Shown piece by piece: positions 26,421-40,655 of a DNA stretch of 64,000 nucleotides. The notes beneath the pieces are model-generated. The model worked only from the letters and a program-made list of their open reading frames with translations, did not search any database and was not told the origin of the DNA. The position numbers and the translations under genes were made by a program. Source of the stretch: Mobula hypostoma (lineage: Eukaryota); assembly GCF_963921235.1 (NCBI RefSeq), contig NC_086108.1:71426001-71490000 (forward strand), in the 5' to 3' direction. The first letter of the stretch is position 1; each line of letters starts with the position of its first letter.

Positions 26421-29009
26421 ATCCCTTTTTTACCTGGTTGCAACCTCAAAATAAAAAGGATTTTAACAAACTTGTTTCCAAGGAAGGATGAAAGTAGATC
26501 AGGGAAGTATTGTTCTGAAATGGAAAGCATGAGATCTTTGTCATGGGAGACATCAGAAATTCAACCCAGAGATGTATAGAAGGCCAAGAGTTTGATGGAA
26601 ATAGTGGCTGGGGAGGGGAATGAAACTGGGGTAGGCTAACAAATTTGTGGCAAATAGTTGAAGCTAATCACTTGGTTCTTAGATTGTTTAGGTGGAAAAC
26701 ATTGTGACATGACTCATTGTCAGGTAAAACCTGATACTATCTTTTAGATGCACATGGCTTCCTTTGAATCAGTAAAGTGGAAATACTATTCAGGCATATT
26801 CTTGTTGCAGCTGGTCACCTTGAAATGTCTCAATATTATGAATCATGATGTTGTTTTTGAGCAGGTGTCATCTGTTGCAAATGTCAGGATTGGAACCAAT
26901 GTTGTTTGGGGAAGGAAGTGGGGATAGACCAGTTGAGCAGTTTCTAAATTGCTCTAGGTGTTTCAGTCACATCTTCTCCATTCATCATTGGTATCACCTC
27001 ACTGATCTTCCACGTCTAAAGCAGAAAACATCGGCACACTTAAAACTGACATTATGTGCGCTGCACTGGAGGGAGCTGCTCGCCTGATCTGGGTAACAGG
27101 GTCCACTGGCTTCACTACGAGTTTGGAATCCAAATTCAAAGATTGGTGCCAAAACATCTGCGGGAGTCGTTTAGAATTTCTCTACTGCTCCCCACCCTTG
27201 GAACAAGCCCACTCCCCAACAATGTTTATCCGCAGGTGCTCAATTAACAGGGATATTGTGGCCTGAAAATGAACCCACTGAGTATTGGACACAGAGACTA
27301 CTCTTCCTATTCAGCTCCAGTTCCACTCACCACAGGTGTCGTCGGTATCATTGAGATGGGGAGAAAACCCATTCTGCCCTCTGTTGTGACCTGGTGGCCA
27401 CTGTGGAGAAGTACTAGATAAGCCAAACCAAGGATCCCATCCAACTGTGGTGCCCTCCAGTGGGAAGCTGCCTGCTATCATACGTTGCCTCTGCTTGCAT
27501 ACTGTAGTTGAGTTCCTGAGACATCATGGGATTGTACTTCAGCTGGAACAGTCAGGAGAACAAAATGGAGAAAGCAAAACTTTTCAAAAATTGATTCTTT
27601 TTTAGATTAATCAATTTTTAATCTGCAGCTGTAAAAAGAATTGGAATAAAGGATGGAATGGGAGTTTAGAACAAAGGTATGAATGTGTTTGCCTAATATG
27701 TAATTGTTTTCAATTTTTCTATTATTCAATTACATAATTCTTGAAACTATACCGCTGTTTATGTAAGGTATATTTTCTGTTTCACCTACCTAATGTCACT
27801 GTTACATTTTGGAACACTTCTGATATATATTAGAGTCATATGTAACCACAGTTCATCTTTCCTTTTTTAATACTGACCTTTTTTACTCCAATTCTTGCGA
27901 TTTAATATGGCAGGATTAATCTTTTGACAGATGTAAAACAAGATAAATAATTACCAGTGTGATACATCACAAACCTTTTGTAAAACAGTGTCTCTCATGT
28001 ATTAGGTTTCAGTGAGCTCGAGAGTTGTGGGAGTTTCGATGTTTCCTGTTTGAAAAATTATTCTTGTTCATGTGAAAATTTCTTTTGTGTAAAATAGTAA
28101 AGGAATTTCTTGAAAAAGAAATCTAAAGAATTATTTTCAGTTGCCATGCACGTATTTGCTATTCATTTGTTTTGTTGAGATGAATGGATCCATTCATTTA
28201 ATTTATTGATAATTAGTAAAGTACAAACGCTCTTTGTAAAGATATGAATTCATTATCTTATTTTCATTCAGTATCAGTTTTAATTGACACTCTTTGCATA
28301 AATCTCTTTTCGGTGTTTGGAATTTGCATTATCTTTGGAACAATGGCCATACTTAGAAAAATGATCAAGCACAAATCATTCCATGGTAGCATTTTAAGTT
28401 TCGTTAGACTTTAAAGCTACAGATTTATGAGATCACAGTAGATTTTGCACGCTGATGAGTAGATTAAATGCTGTTTTTGTTGGAGATATGCAGTTTACTC
28501 GTTTTGTTGAATCCTTTGAAAGACTTCATCTGTATTGGATTCATTAGAGTACTCATATAATCAACAAATTTTATTGGCACCGCTTTGGATTAGTATATCT
28601 TCTCCATAAATATGTTTTATTTGAAGAAAGTTATGTGGAAAAATGATTTTAAAAAACCTGAAGGGATCTCTGGCCGCAATGGTTGAGAAGAAGAGCTTAA
28701 AAGTCATAATCCTAAAGTGCTTCCATAAAATCGCAACATTTTGTTTAATTGAGAAACAGTGTTCTGAGTAGGAGTGTACAGTATTACAGTGATTTATTCA
28801 CATGAAAAGGGGTAAAATGAATGGGTTTGCATTTAAAGGAATTGAGGCAGAATTTTTCTGGAATAATGATTTTTATAGAGCAAATGAATTCCTAAATATG
28901 AATATAAAATATAGAAAATATGGTGGAACCAATATTTTCTTTGGCCATAATTCTAGTGGTAAAATAGAGATGATCAAAAATTGTGGTGCTGCTCATCTCT
29001 CGATTACAA

Positions 29010-29270
29010 GGGTGGCATGGAGTGTAGTGATCACTGTAACAATATTACAGCACCAGTGAGCAAGGTTTTAATTCTGCCATTGCCCATAAGGTGATTGTAT
29101 GCTCTCTCCGTGACTGCGTGAGTTTTCTCTGGGTGTTCTGGTTTCCTCTCACATTTCCTAACACCTATGGGTGAGTAGGTTAACTGGTCACATGGGTCGA
29201 ATTGGGTGGCGTGGGCTCGGTGGGCTGGAAGGATCTGTTACAACGCTGTATCTCTAACTAAAAAAATAAA
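29010..29270 (+). mobile_element. tRNA-derived SINE (V-SINE/HE1-like)
   Basis: CTGGTTTCCTCTCACA core; A-rich tail. Confidence 0.65.
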
Positions 29271-31189
29271 AAGGTAAATCTTGGGATAAATATGCCAATG
29301 TATCTATTGCACAGCTGGGATTAAAACAAAGTCCTGAGGTCGTGGAAACAGTCATGAAACATGACGAATAGTGGAAAAAGACAAATTATAAACTCTTTCA
29401 GAGTTTGGGCTTGAGTGTATTAAATGCTCGTATTCAGTATCAATCTTGTGATTGTCAACCTCATGGAATATAATGCAGCCAAATATACATATGCAGCAAT
29501 TTTTTTTTCACTCCCAGATCCACCTGCTGTTTTTGATGAATGGAGTAATAATAGACGTTTTTTGCTTTCATGTTAGAGTAGTAAACAGCACAGTGCGGGG
29601 GTGGGGGGGGGTAATGCAACTGAATATTGTGACTCTTTTAAAGTAGAAAAGAATAACTCCTAGAAGTTAGTTTATGGTGTTCTAAAATACTGTGGGCTTT
29701 ATTGCAGTAGCAAAACAAAACACCAAAGCAAAGTTTTAAAATGTTTTGTTTTTGTTGTACTGGATTTTAGTTCTTTGATCATTTATTCCGTCTATAATGT
29801 GCTTTCATAAAGTGTATAGTCCAGGCAAAGTTGCATCATTTTTGATCCATCTTAATGCCTTGGAAAATGCAGATATGAATAGATGTAACGCACACGCATG
29901 TCTACTTCTAAAGTGTTTCAGAAAGCTTAGTTTTGCTAATATTGTGAACTAGGCTGAATATAGGGAAATAGTCTTTTTAAATTGAATTTTTGATTTAAAG
30001 CTATCATTTCTTTCTGTAAGGTTTGATGCTCTCTATAAAAACACCAAAGTTTAGCCTAAAATATTTGGTGCTGCAGGGGGATCTCTAGATCAGATTAGAG
30101 AAACATTCAAAGAATTTGGTCAGTGAGTAACTACTGCTGCTTTCCCTCCTCATCGCTTCATGTGTTTCATATTAAGATCAAGTTAACAGCCATTAATCTG
30201 CTTCAGTTAATAGGGATGTCTGCACTGTAACCTTTCAGAATTTATCAAAATCTAACTTGTGTTTGCTCATGAACTCTATACAGTACTCAATAAAAAAGGT
30301 GTGAAATTCTTCAGCCATGCACTATATAGATACATTCCTGAGCTACATAGAAAGAAGTGAATTTGACATTGAATTTTCAGTTTTGGAATAAAAGGTATTT
30401 ATTTTGTGTGTTGTGACCATCATGCTTTGTAAAATACATTGCTAATAATATATATTTATTAAACTATTATTTCAATAACATTGTAACTGCCTTCTCGCAG
30501 CACAGAAAAATGACTTCTCTGGAATTACTGAACAGAAATAATCTTCATAAATGACACATGTGGTGACCAAGTCTGATAGGCACATTTATGCGTACTGGAG
30601 AAGACAACTTGTCCCATTGCACTTATAAAGCACTTTTAATGCAATAATTGAGTGTGCTCAAATGAAAATTAACCATCAAAATATGTTTGTGAGAAGTTCC
30701 AAGTTTTAAAATGTGTCTAAAAGAGGTGGAATGGTGGGGAATATCACAGAATGTCTGAAGGTGCAGCTGCCGGTGGTGGCCACACATATCAATAACATGA
30801 ATGTTTTTACAGTTCAGTCTGATCAGGCCACATTTAGCATGACAGCTAATTCACTGTGTACCATATCTATCTCTCTGTTGGTCTGAAAAAAGATGGGTTC
30901 AGATTGTGTTTAAACTACACTCACAACACTTGGCAATCAGCTGATACTGAAAAGGCTAAGAGGGACAAAAGGGATAATTTTATGCATTCCCAGTAGAAGT
31001 AAATGAGGCGATCTGAGCCCAATCTTTGTCTGTTTTCTGACTTTAGATGAGGCATAATCGAAGAAGCTGATTAAATTGTTCTCAAGGGTGTTAGGTGATG
31101 ACTGATGCATGGAGCAGATGCATGCTGTTCCAGCAAAGCTAATGGGCCAAGAGGAGGAGGAGTGCAAATGTTTCCCCTTGGACTCTTAG

Positions 31190-31860
31190 TCACGGAGCAT
31201 TACAGCACAGAAACGGCCCATCTAGTCCAAGCTGACCTTCCTGCCTAGTCCCATCTACCTGCACCTGGACCATATCCCTCCAAGGGTTCTCTCAACCATG
31301 TCCCTATCCAAACTTCTCTTAAAAGTTACAAATGAACCAGCATCTACCGGCTTTGCTGGAAGCTCATTCCACACTTGCATCACCGTCTGAGTGAAGATGC
31401 TCCCCTTCAGATGCCCCATAAATATTTCAACTTTCACTCTAAACCTATGATATTCAGTTCTAGTCTCACCCAACCCGTGGAAAAAGTCGGCATGCATTCA
31501 TCCTAGCTATAACCCTCATTACCTTATATATTTCTATACCACCTCCCCACATTCTTCTGTGCTCTAGGGAATAAAGTCCAAGTCTTTTCAACCTTTTTCT
31601 ATAAGTCAGATCCTCACACCCCAGCAACATCCTTGTGAATTTTCTCTGCACTCGTCTAAGCTTACTGACATCTTTCCTATAGGTGGGTGACCAGAACTGA
31701 ACACAATACTCCAAATCAGGCCTCACAACATCATGCACAACTTCAAAATCCCAACTCAGTGCCCTGTTTTATGAAGGCCAATGTGCCAAAAGCTTTCTTT
31801 ATGATCCTATCTGCCTGTGATCCTACTGTTAAGAAGTTATGGATCTGTACTCCCAGCAAT
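31190..31860 (-). mobile_element. CR1 3' fragment
   Basis: VRPDLEYCVQFWSPTYRKDV and VWNELP motifs in minus-strand ORFs. Confidence 0.9.
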
Positions 31861-32289
31861 GTTTCCTCGAAGGTGTGTGTGTGCACACATCTTTTGCTAA
31901 TAGCGTACAAAGGAACTTAAACCGCACACAAAAGGTTGTCACCCTTTACCTCGTTGGCATGCTAAGTATATTTCACGATCGTAGACAATCACATATCCTC
32001 TTTTGGTTTCTGATGTGGATGGTGCTGACAGAATGGAATTTGCACTGATTTGTCTGAAGATTTTAGAACTGGCTTATTTTTACTGTTTTTATTGAAGAAA
32101 TTATTGATTCACTATATCGAATTCCAAAGAAGCAGAGTGCAAAAGAACTGCTATCCGTTCAAAGCGGAATGGCTTATTGTTCTTAGAATAGCTTCAGGGT
32201 TACTTCCACTTAAAAATTCAGTGTTTACATGTTGTTGTAACTGGGCAAAAAATTGTATGGCACAAATTAGAGAGAAGATTAATTCCTAG

Positions 32290-32900
32290 GTCCACCTGCG
32301 AGCCCTACCATTCACTGTGCAAGTCTTCCCCTGATTTGTCCTCTCAAAGTGCACACTTGCTTGTATGAAATTCTATCTGCCAAATTTCAGCCTACTTTCC
32401 CTAGCTGTTCAAGATTATCCTGCAAGTTTTGATAGCCTTCGTTTTGACCGACGTACGGGTGCCTCTAATCTTGGTGTCATCCGCAAACTTGCTATTCCAG
32501 TTTGCCTTAATAACTGTCATCTGAATCATTAATGAAGCTGAGAAGCAACAACAGACCCGGCACTGATCCCTGCAGTATCTCGGTCCCTGTGTCACTCCTC
32601 ATGCCAATCATTCAGTTTTGCCTCATCTCAGTGTTAACTTGCTGAACTCCACTCCCCCCACACCCCACTGCATTGTCACATGGGACCTTGCCAAAAGCCT
32701 AATTAAATTCTATCAGTCACTCTTCCCTTTTTGACCCTCCAAGCTATGTGACCAAAAATTCTCTTGTTGATCAGAAATAACTTTCCTTCAACAAAGCTAT
32801 GCCGACAGTCCTTCACTAATTTGTACTTCTTTGTGATGAAGGGTGTTATGTCCCTCAGAATTAATTCCAATAATTTTTCCATCCCTGAAGTTATATTAGG
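32290..32900 (-). mobile_element. Old CR1 RT fragment
   Basis: SKFADDTKI and MEKLLELILRD...RHSFVEGK motifs. Confidence 0.75.
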
Positions 32901-34712
32901 TGCCTTGTATACTGCAGACATATTTCAATAATAAATGTACCTTGAACCTTGTAATTAGCCAATTTATCCCTTTGAAACTACCTTTTGGGTAGTCCCTTGG
33001 AATTGCAGATGACTTACTTCCAATCTTGCTTTTTGGGTTAATGTTGGTGGGCTGCAAATTAAGTTTGTGAGGTGATGTGCTCTTTCTGTTGCTTACTCAG
33101 GGCCTCTTTGTGTTCCTGATGCAACGTCTTGAGGTCTTGATATCATACTTATTACTGGTCTACTTTGAGCAGTCACAGACCAGAGATTCCCAGGAGTCAA
33201 AGGGGATGCTGGATTTCTTAAAGGACTCTGAGTTCACATCCTTCCCATGTCAGAACTTGGAATAAACTGTCTATATTAAGAGACAGATGTCAGGAATATG
33301 GATTATGTGACCTGCCCTGTGTAATTCACTAATTGCAATAAGCCCTCAATTCTGAAGCTATTGTTTTGGGGAAGGACAACATTGTTAGTCTGCTTATCCT
33401 TCCAGTGGATGTTGCAGAGATACTACAGACACTAGTCTTTCTAGTGCTTTGAAGAGCTTGTTTTAGCTAGGCCCGATCTTAGAAGAATATAGGAAGGCAA
33501 TGATCAGTTCTGCTCATCAGACCATGAGATATGTCCTGAATCTTATCTTGATGTTCAAAAGCACTTTTCCTCAATTGACTGAGGACTCTACTGGCATACT
33601 GAAGCCGGAAAAAGAGGGTGGAATGATGTAGGAAGTCCAGAGGTGTGTAGATGTAGACGTGTAATAGAAAGGAAATTAGGAAAGCAAAGAGCAGACATGA
33701 AAAAATAAAATACTGGCAAAAAAAATCAAAAGATGATTCTTAAGTGCAAAAAGGAAAGAGGATAACAATGTCTTCTTCTTGCTTTTCTGAAGTTGCTCCC
33801 AAGACCACAAAACAATGTTAGCGGTCTTCTAGTCCTTTGGCATTACACCTGCAGACAGAATGGATTAGAAACTAATAATCACCACTGTTGTCATTCTTTC
33901 TTATACTTTTATGATCAGGTTGGTATATACTACATCCAGAGTAGGTAGATTAAGTACTTTCAAAGTTCCAAATGTACTCTACTCTTCTCTTTAGTTAGCT
34001 TCCTGCTCTATGAGCACTTAAGAATAGTTTCCTGAGTTTTCTTTCCAGTAACTATTCATGCCCACTCTTTTCTTTTGTAATTTACTCTCTACTTCAGCCT
34101 TACATTTTCCAAACTCTTCCAGACTTCCTTTTGTGTTGTACTGCCTTTGTCTGGCATAAGTTGCCATTTTTGTCTTCCATAGAACATAGGACAGTACAAT
34201 GGTCTTTTGTCCCACAAGTCTAACTAATCCCAGAATGCCTGCTTGTGGTCCAAATTCCTCTATTCTCTGCCTGTCCATGTGTCTGGCTAAAGGCCTCTTA
34301 AATATTGCCATCGTAATTGCTTATTCTGCCAGTACATTGAAATCTAGGAGACTCTAAATTAGGCATGTTCACCGCTTATCTTATAGGAACATCTTCATCC
34401 TGGCTCATGAATGCCTCCCATTGCTCTGAGATTTGATTTATCTTGAAGTGACTGTTTCTTGTCCACTGTTTCTAAATCTTTTGGCATCCTCAAATTTATA
34501 GCCATCCTCCTGTTTTATATTAGCCTTCCGAATGCAGTTATTTGAAATTGAATTATGTTCACTATTACAAAATGGTACTCCCTCTCAACAGCACTCCTGC
34601 CCTAATTCATTTGTTAATTAAATCAAGAAGCTTTCCCTTTCTCCCACCATCGACTTGTCAGCCTTGCTACGTTTTAATTAAACAAGTTCTCCTGAATGCA
34701 GTTCAGGAATTT

Positions 34713-35256
34713 CGCTCAGTGGGCATTTTATTATGTAACTCCTGTACCTAACAAAGTGGTGTCTGAGTGTATGTTCATGGTGTAAGCCATTCACTACTAG
34801 GTTCAACATGTTCAGAGGTGTGCTTCTGCACACCGCTGTTGTAACACCTGGTTATTTGAGTTACTGTTGCCTTCCTGTCAGCTTGAACCAGTCTGGCCAT
34901 TCTCCTCTAACCTCTCTCATTAACAAGGCATTTTCACCCACAGAACTGCCACTCACTGGATTTTTTTTTTGTTTTTCACACCATTCTCTGTAAACTCTAG
35001 AGACTATTGAGTTTGAAAATCCCACGAGATCAGCAGCTTCTGAGATACTCAAACCACCCTGTCTGGCACCAACAATCATTCCAGGATCAAAGTCATTTAG
35101 ATCACATTTCTTCCCCATTCTGATGCTTGGTCTGCACAACAACTGAACCTCTTGACCATGTCCGCATGCTTTTATGTATTGAGTTGCTGCCACACGACTG
35201 GCTGATTCGATATTTGATTAATGTGCAGGGGTACCCAAGAAATAGGCCACTGAGCA
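34713..35256 (-). mobile_element. Internally deleted Tc1/mariner element
   Basis: MGKKCDLNDFDPGMIVGARQGGLSISEAADLVGFS..VSRVYREW is a Tc1 N-terminal HTH; degenerate TIRs CGCTCAGTGG / CCACTGAGCA. Confidence 0.85.
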
Positions 35257-35279
35257 TATATGTGCTCTGCACTTCCAAT

Positions 35280-35490
35280 GGTGTGGCACACTGAGCTATT
35301 TAGTAGAGCTGCTGCCTCTCAGTTTCAGTGACCCAGTTAAATCCTGCCTTCCAGTGCTCTCTTTGTGGTGTTTGCTAGCTCATTCTCCCCATGAACACAA
35401 GCATTTCTCCTGTGTATCCTGGCTTCCTCCCATTTCACAGATACAACAGGTCAGCAGGTTATTTGACCATGTAAATTGTCACTCATGTAG
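35280..35490 (+). mobile_element. Degenerate tRNA-derived SINE
   Basis: AGAGCTGCTGCCTC head and GGCTTCCTCCCA core. Confidence 0.5.
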
Positions 35491-36410
35491 ATCAGTGGCA
35501 GGATATGGAGGGGAAGAGTTAGTGGGAAAGTGGAGAGAACAAATAATAGGGAAATCATGGAGGATGGAATTGCTTTGATATTTCACATGGACTCAAAGGG
35601 AACGCATTCAGCCCATTATGTCGTATTGGAACATATGCTTTTCACGGTTTATATCACAGTTAATATTAGGGTAATGGAATTCCTGCAGAATGAGACAACC
35701 TTTCATTCTTTTAAACTCCAATTCTGCAGTGACTTTGCTCCTCTTTATGTTAAATCAACAGCCACTACAAGCCAGTCACTTTCCCACAATGGTGTAATCT
35801 GAGAGAAATGTAAACAAAAAATGATTTAAAGTAGAAAAAGAGAATTTGGCGATTTAGAATCAAATAGCATCTTAAGCAGGCATGTCTCTCTCTACCCCAA
35901 GTGATTTTGTCCATTTCTCACCCTACTCTGACTAGAAGTAATCTCCCATTCATCGCAGCCTCATCTTGGATTTGACAACAAGTGCTATAACTAACCACAG
36001 CAAGACTATTCTTTAGGGCCTTCCCTAGATAATTGTGTTAGAGTGAGTTTTTGGGTAGATGATTCATTTACACTTAAATGACTCTGGTCGCCAGTCTTCT
36101 GTTTGACAAAGTACTGTGGATTGAGTTCACAAAAATGTATTTCCTAAAAGTTGTGAATATCTAGTCAGATGCTGCGGATGGAAGTGTGAAGTTTACAGGT
36201 AGTTTCAAAGACAGTATTATCTACACTTTATAATATTAATTGTCCTCTATGTTAGCACGTAAAATACCAAATAAATGTATTGTGGATTTGACTTGCACTC
36301 TTAAAGGCTGTGAGTCCCAACTCAGACATGTTGGTGTCAGAAAGAAAGGATGAAGTCAGAAGTTGGTGATGTTTTGTATGTAGCTTCAAAAGGAAGCATT
36401 GTCTTTGCAT

Positions 36411-36606
36411 TGTCTATAACTTTTTAAATAGCGATTGCCCTTTGTGTTTAGCACATAAATATCGAGCCCACATTGGGCTAGCAGACCTTTCTACCGAAAG
36501 CGTCTCCATCCGTATGATGTCTGCTGTACCTTGTTGTGTCGAGTAAAGAAGCTGCTTTGTATCTACCAGTGACTGTCTCTCCGGTGTTTTCATCCACGCC
36601 ATAACA
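36411..36606 (+). mobile_element. Possible solo or partial LTR
   Basis: TGT...ACA ends, CATAAATA TATA-like motif, AGTAAA polyA-like signal, retained CpGs; no clear TSD. Confidence 0.4.
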
Positions 36607-38651
36607 ATTGTTTCATTTATTCATCTTGTATTGTGTTTGGACTTTGCAGAGTTAAATTACCAATACATTTTGCTTTGCAACCATTGATACAATCTTTACA
36701 CAAAATCATGCACAAGCCTCAAGTCATGCTATTGTTTCACCTTTCTAACTTGCATTGATCATTCTTGCTTGACTAATGGGCGGGCTGCAGCTCACTGCGT
36801 TCTTGAGACTTTGAAGTGTTCTTTAAAAGATACCTCATCTCATTTTATGTCAAAGTAACCAGCTTGTTTGAAATTTGTTTCCCAGAAATTAGCAGGGGGC
36901 TACGGTTCTGATATGAGGGGAGGAGAAGAAGTAAATGGACTGATTGTCCTAGGAACAGAGTTTAAATGGGACCACAGACCCACCTACCTTTTGCTCTGTT
37001 GGATTCTTTCCTTTGCACAACTATGTAAAGAACATGTTCAGATGGAATTATCCATTCTGATCCATTGAATTTCATTTCTTGCTCCACCATTGTAAGGAAC
37101 ATCAGTCTTTTGTCAGTATCTCTTCACAATATCTAGACATGCAGTTGGAAACAGCTTCTTAAGTGAATTGCAAAGATAACGTGCTGCCTAATCAGGATTT
37201 CCTGCCACTTCTAGAGGAGTCAGTGCCTGTGCATAAAAATTCTGCACAACTAGTGAATTCTGTGATTAGGTGGAATGAAGATTTTCTGTCTAAAACTTTT
37301 CTACTACATTACAATGAGAAGTCGGCAACTATGTTTGCCAAGTAAATGGCAGTGTTTGTTACTGACTTTTCCTATTAACAAAGCTTAACGATATCTTTTC
37401 CTTAAACTGGACATCTGCTTCTAACAGAGTAATAAGCTATTAAACAGCATTTTATCTCTCAGCTATGCAAAAGTCAGTTCCGGTGGACTGGCCAGATGAG
37501 ATCATCTACAAGATCCAACCGCCAAGAAGGCAGTGCTGCAACGCTTCATGGAGAACGAAGAGCGTGACAAGGCACAGAAGGTGTCGTGGCTATCCACTGC
37601 AGCCGAGGAAATCTCCAATCGTGACGATCCTTTGTACCATTGAACCAAGATTTCTGAGGCCAAGAGAGTGGAACTGCCCCTGCACAGGTTTTTCAAGCAC
37701 CATGATTGGAAACATTGGACAACCAACCCAAAACCATGACAGCTTTGCAGAATTTTGGAATCTTAGACCTCACTACAAGCTCTTGTCATCAGAGCCAACT
37801 CCATCCTTTCCCCAAGTACAGCCTTGAATTCAAGTGCAGTTATATAAAGGCACCAAAATCTTCAACAAGATAAACCTTGTTACATAACTACCTTTGTCTG
37901 ACAGCATGAAATCAATATAGAAAAAGGAATATTCACTCGAATCTCAAAATGTGATTTGATTGTGAAGAAAGCTGAAGTTCGCAGATTAAAACTGTTTGCT
38001 CTAATAATTCAAGAAGATACAGATTGAGTGCCGCCCTAGGTTCAGGTGATGTTGACTAATGACTTCCTTGGTGTGGACAGAGGCTAAACTTACTGCCTAC
38101 TTTTAGATTGTGTAGATATTTTCCTATCTTCAAGCTCCTTCTATTATCTGATGGGTTTACAAGGTCTTGGCAATGCACGTCCCATTCGATGAACCCGGGA
38201 TAGAGAGATCCCTTGCTCCGGTTACACTTACTCCTTATATGTTGGCTGTTCCTCTGGAGATATGCTGGGCAATCAGGTCTCGCCTCACATGCTTCTTTGG
38301 CAAGGTACTCTGAGGTGACCAACTGAAGGCCTGGTATGTACACTCCGCTAAGGAAACTTGACCAGCAGCTATCACTCAAACAAAGCAATATCGCCTTTGA
38401 CCTATCAACCCTGTGTCACAAACTGATAGATCAGTAGAAAGAAAGGATAGAAGCTAATAGATAAAATACAACCCATTGGCATTAAGAAGACAGAGAAGAT
38501 GACAGAACGTGTTCTCTGTATGATAACTCACCAGAGTGCCAGGTTGACAGAAATGGAGTACGGTCAATAATTTGGCACCCTCAAGTCAGAGTTTAAGTAA
38601 TTGCTGGCAGAACTTAAATGATGTATCTTGAAAAGCTCTGTGATCTACAAT

Positions 38652-39699
38652 GTCATAGTCATAGTCATACTTTATTGATCCCGGGGGAAATTGGTTTTCG
38701 TTACGGTTGCACCATAAATAATAAATAGTAATTGAACCATAATAGTTAAATAGTAATATGTAAATTATACCAGTAAATTATGAAATAAGTCCAGGACCAG
38801 CCTATTGACTCAGGGCGTCTGACCCTCCAAGGGAGGAGTTGTAAAGTTTGATGGCCACAGGCAGGAATGACTTCCTATGACGCTCTGTGCTGCATATCGG
38901 TGGAATGAGTCTCTGGCTGAATGTACTCCTGTGCCCACCCAGTACATTATGTAGTGGATGGGAGACATTGACCAAGATGGCATGCAACTTAGACAGCATC
39001 CTTTTTTCAGACACCACCGTCAGAGAGTCCAGTTCCATCCCCACAACATCACTGGCCTTGCGAATGAGTTTGTTGATTCTGTTGGTGTCTGCTACCCTCA
39101 GCCTGCTGCCCCAGCACACAACAGCAAACATGATAGCACTGGCCACCACAGACTCGTAGAACATCCTCAGCATCGTCCGGCAGATGTTAAAGGACCTCAG
39201 TCTCCTCAGGAAATAGAGACGGCTCTGACCCTTCTTGTAGACAACCTCACTGTTCTTTGACCAGTCCAGTTTATTGTCAATTCGTATCCCCAGGTATTTG
39301 TAATCCTCCACCATGTCCACACTGACCCCCTGGATGGAAACAGGGGTCACCGGTACCTTAGCTCTCCTCAAGTATACCACCAGCTCCTTAATCTTTTTCA
39401 CATTAAGCTGCAGATAATTCTGCTCACACCATGTGGCAAAGTTTCCTACCATAGCCCTGTACTCAGCCTCGTCTCCCTTGCTGATGCATCCAACTATGGC
39501 AGAGTCATCCGAAAACTTCTGAAGATGACAAGACTCTGTGCAGTAGTTGAAGTCTGAGGTGTAAATGGTGAAGAGAAAGGGAGACAAGACAGTCCCCTGT
39601 GGAGCCCCAGTGCTGCTGATCACTCTGTCTGACACACAGTGTTGCAAGCACACGTACTGTGGTCTGCCAGTCAAGTAATCAAGAATCCATGACACCAGG
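38652..39699 (-). mobile_element. Young 5'-truncated Rex1/Babar LINE with open RT C-terminal frame
   Basis: About 300 uninterrupted codons: GAPQGTVLSPFLF, KFSDDSAIVG, RLYFLRRLRSF; (ACTATG)n tail on the minus strand. Confidence 0.92.
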
Positions 39700-40619
39700 A
39701 TTGTACCAATGGATTGTAATGCATAGTGACATATGACAATATTATAAAAGTAGACAATTATTATGCAGGATTTTTGCATTCATTGTGCTCGTGCTTCTAT
39801 TTTGAATTTGCCACTTCGATATCCAAATATGGCCACAAATGAATAGTTGAAACATGAAGAAAGATCTATACACCACACAGCTTTGGTTGTGATGTAGTCT
39901 TACAACATTGGAACTCTGAATTTTGACAGTAGCAACCACTGACAAGTTCATATTGGTCAGGATGTAGGGAGAAATGGACAAAATCAAAAAGGGAATGAAA
40001 GGGAATTTGTTCCCTCAAACTGTTTCAGGATTCATTAAGCACTTAAACCACTGTTTTGTGCCACTAACAGCTCAATGATTCTGTACTGCAGTGTCAAAGA
40101 AGCCTGTGATTATAGTCCTGGTACTTATCGGGAATGATGGTAGTGAGAAATTTGTTGGGACAAGAAACTAGAAATATGGTAAATGTAACAACAGCTACTG
40201 ATGAACCTTAATGAACCAAATTCATTCAGCCCTCACCTCCCATGGATATTGAATAATATATGCCAGCGAGCTCCTCGTTTTTTCTTGTGTGGGATGAGCA
40301 AATTGAAAATAGTTTCCACTGGTGGTTTGAACTGATATCAATAGTAAATTCTTCTGCAAATGGACAGGTAAATTAAAGTAAATCTGATCATAAGGATTAT
40401 GGAATAAGAGAGTATGGATACACAGGAGACTGCAGATTCTGGAATCTGGAGCAACGCACAATCTACTGTGGGTTAAACAGCATCTGTGCGAGGGAAAGGA
40501 GCGGTTGACGTTTTGGGCCAAAATCCTGCATCAGGACCAAAGGACCATAAAGTAATGGAACACACATAAAAGTTGCTGGTGAACGCAGCAGGCCAGGCAG
40601 GATCTCTAGGAAGAGGTAC

Positions 40620-40655
40620 AGTCGACGTTTCGGGCTGAGACCCTTCGTCAGGACT
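40620..40655 (-). ncRNA. Minimal type I hammerhead ribozyme motif
   Basis: Reverse complement AGUC-CUGACGA-A-GGG UCUCAG CCC-GAAAC-GUC-GACU. Confidence 0.65.

Noticed and set aside
27700..30480. AT-rich, repeat-poor stretch resembling a 3' UTR (AATAAA near 30387)
   Set aside because: No linked coding exon; composition alone is not evidence.
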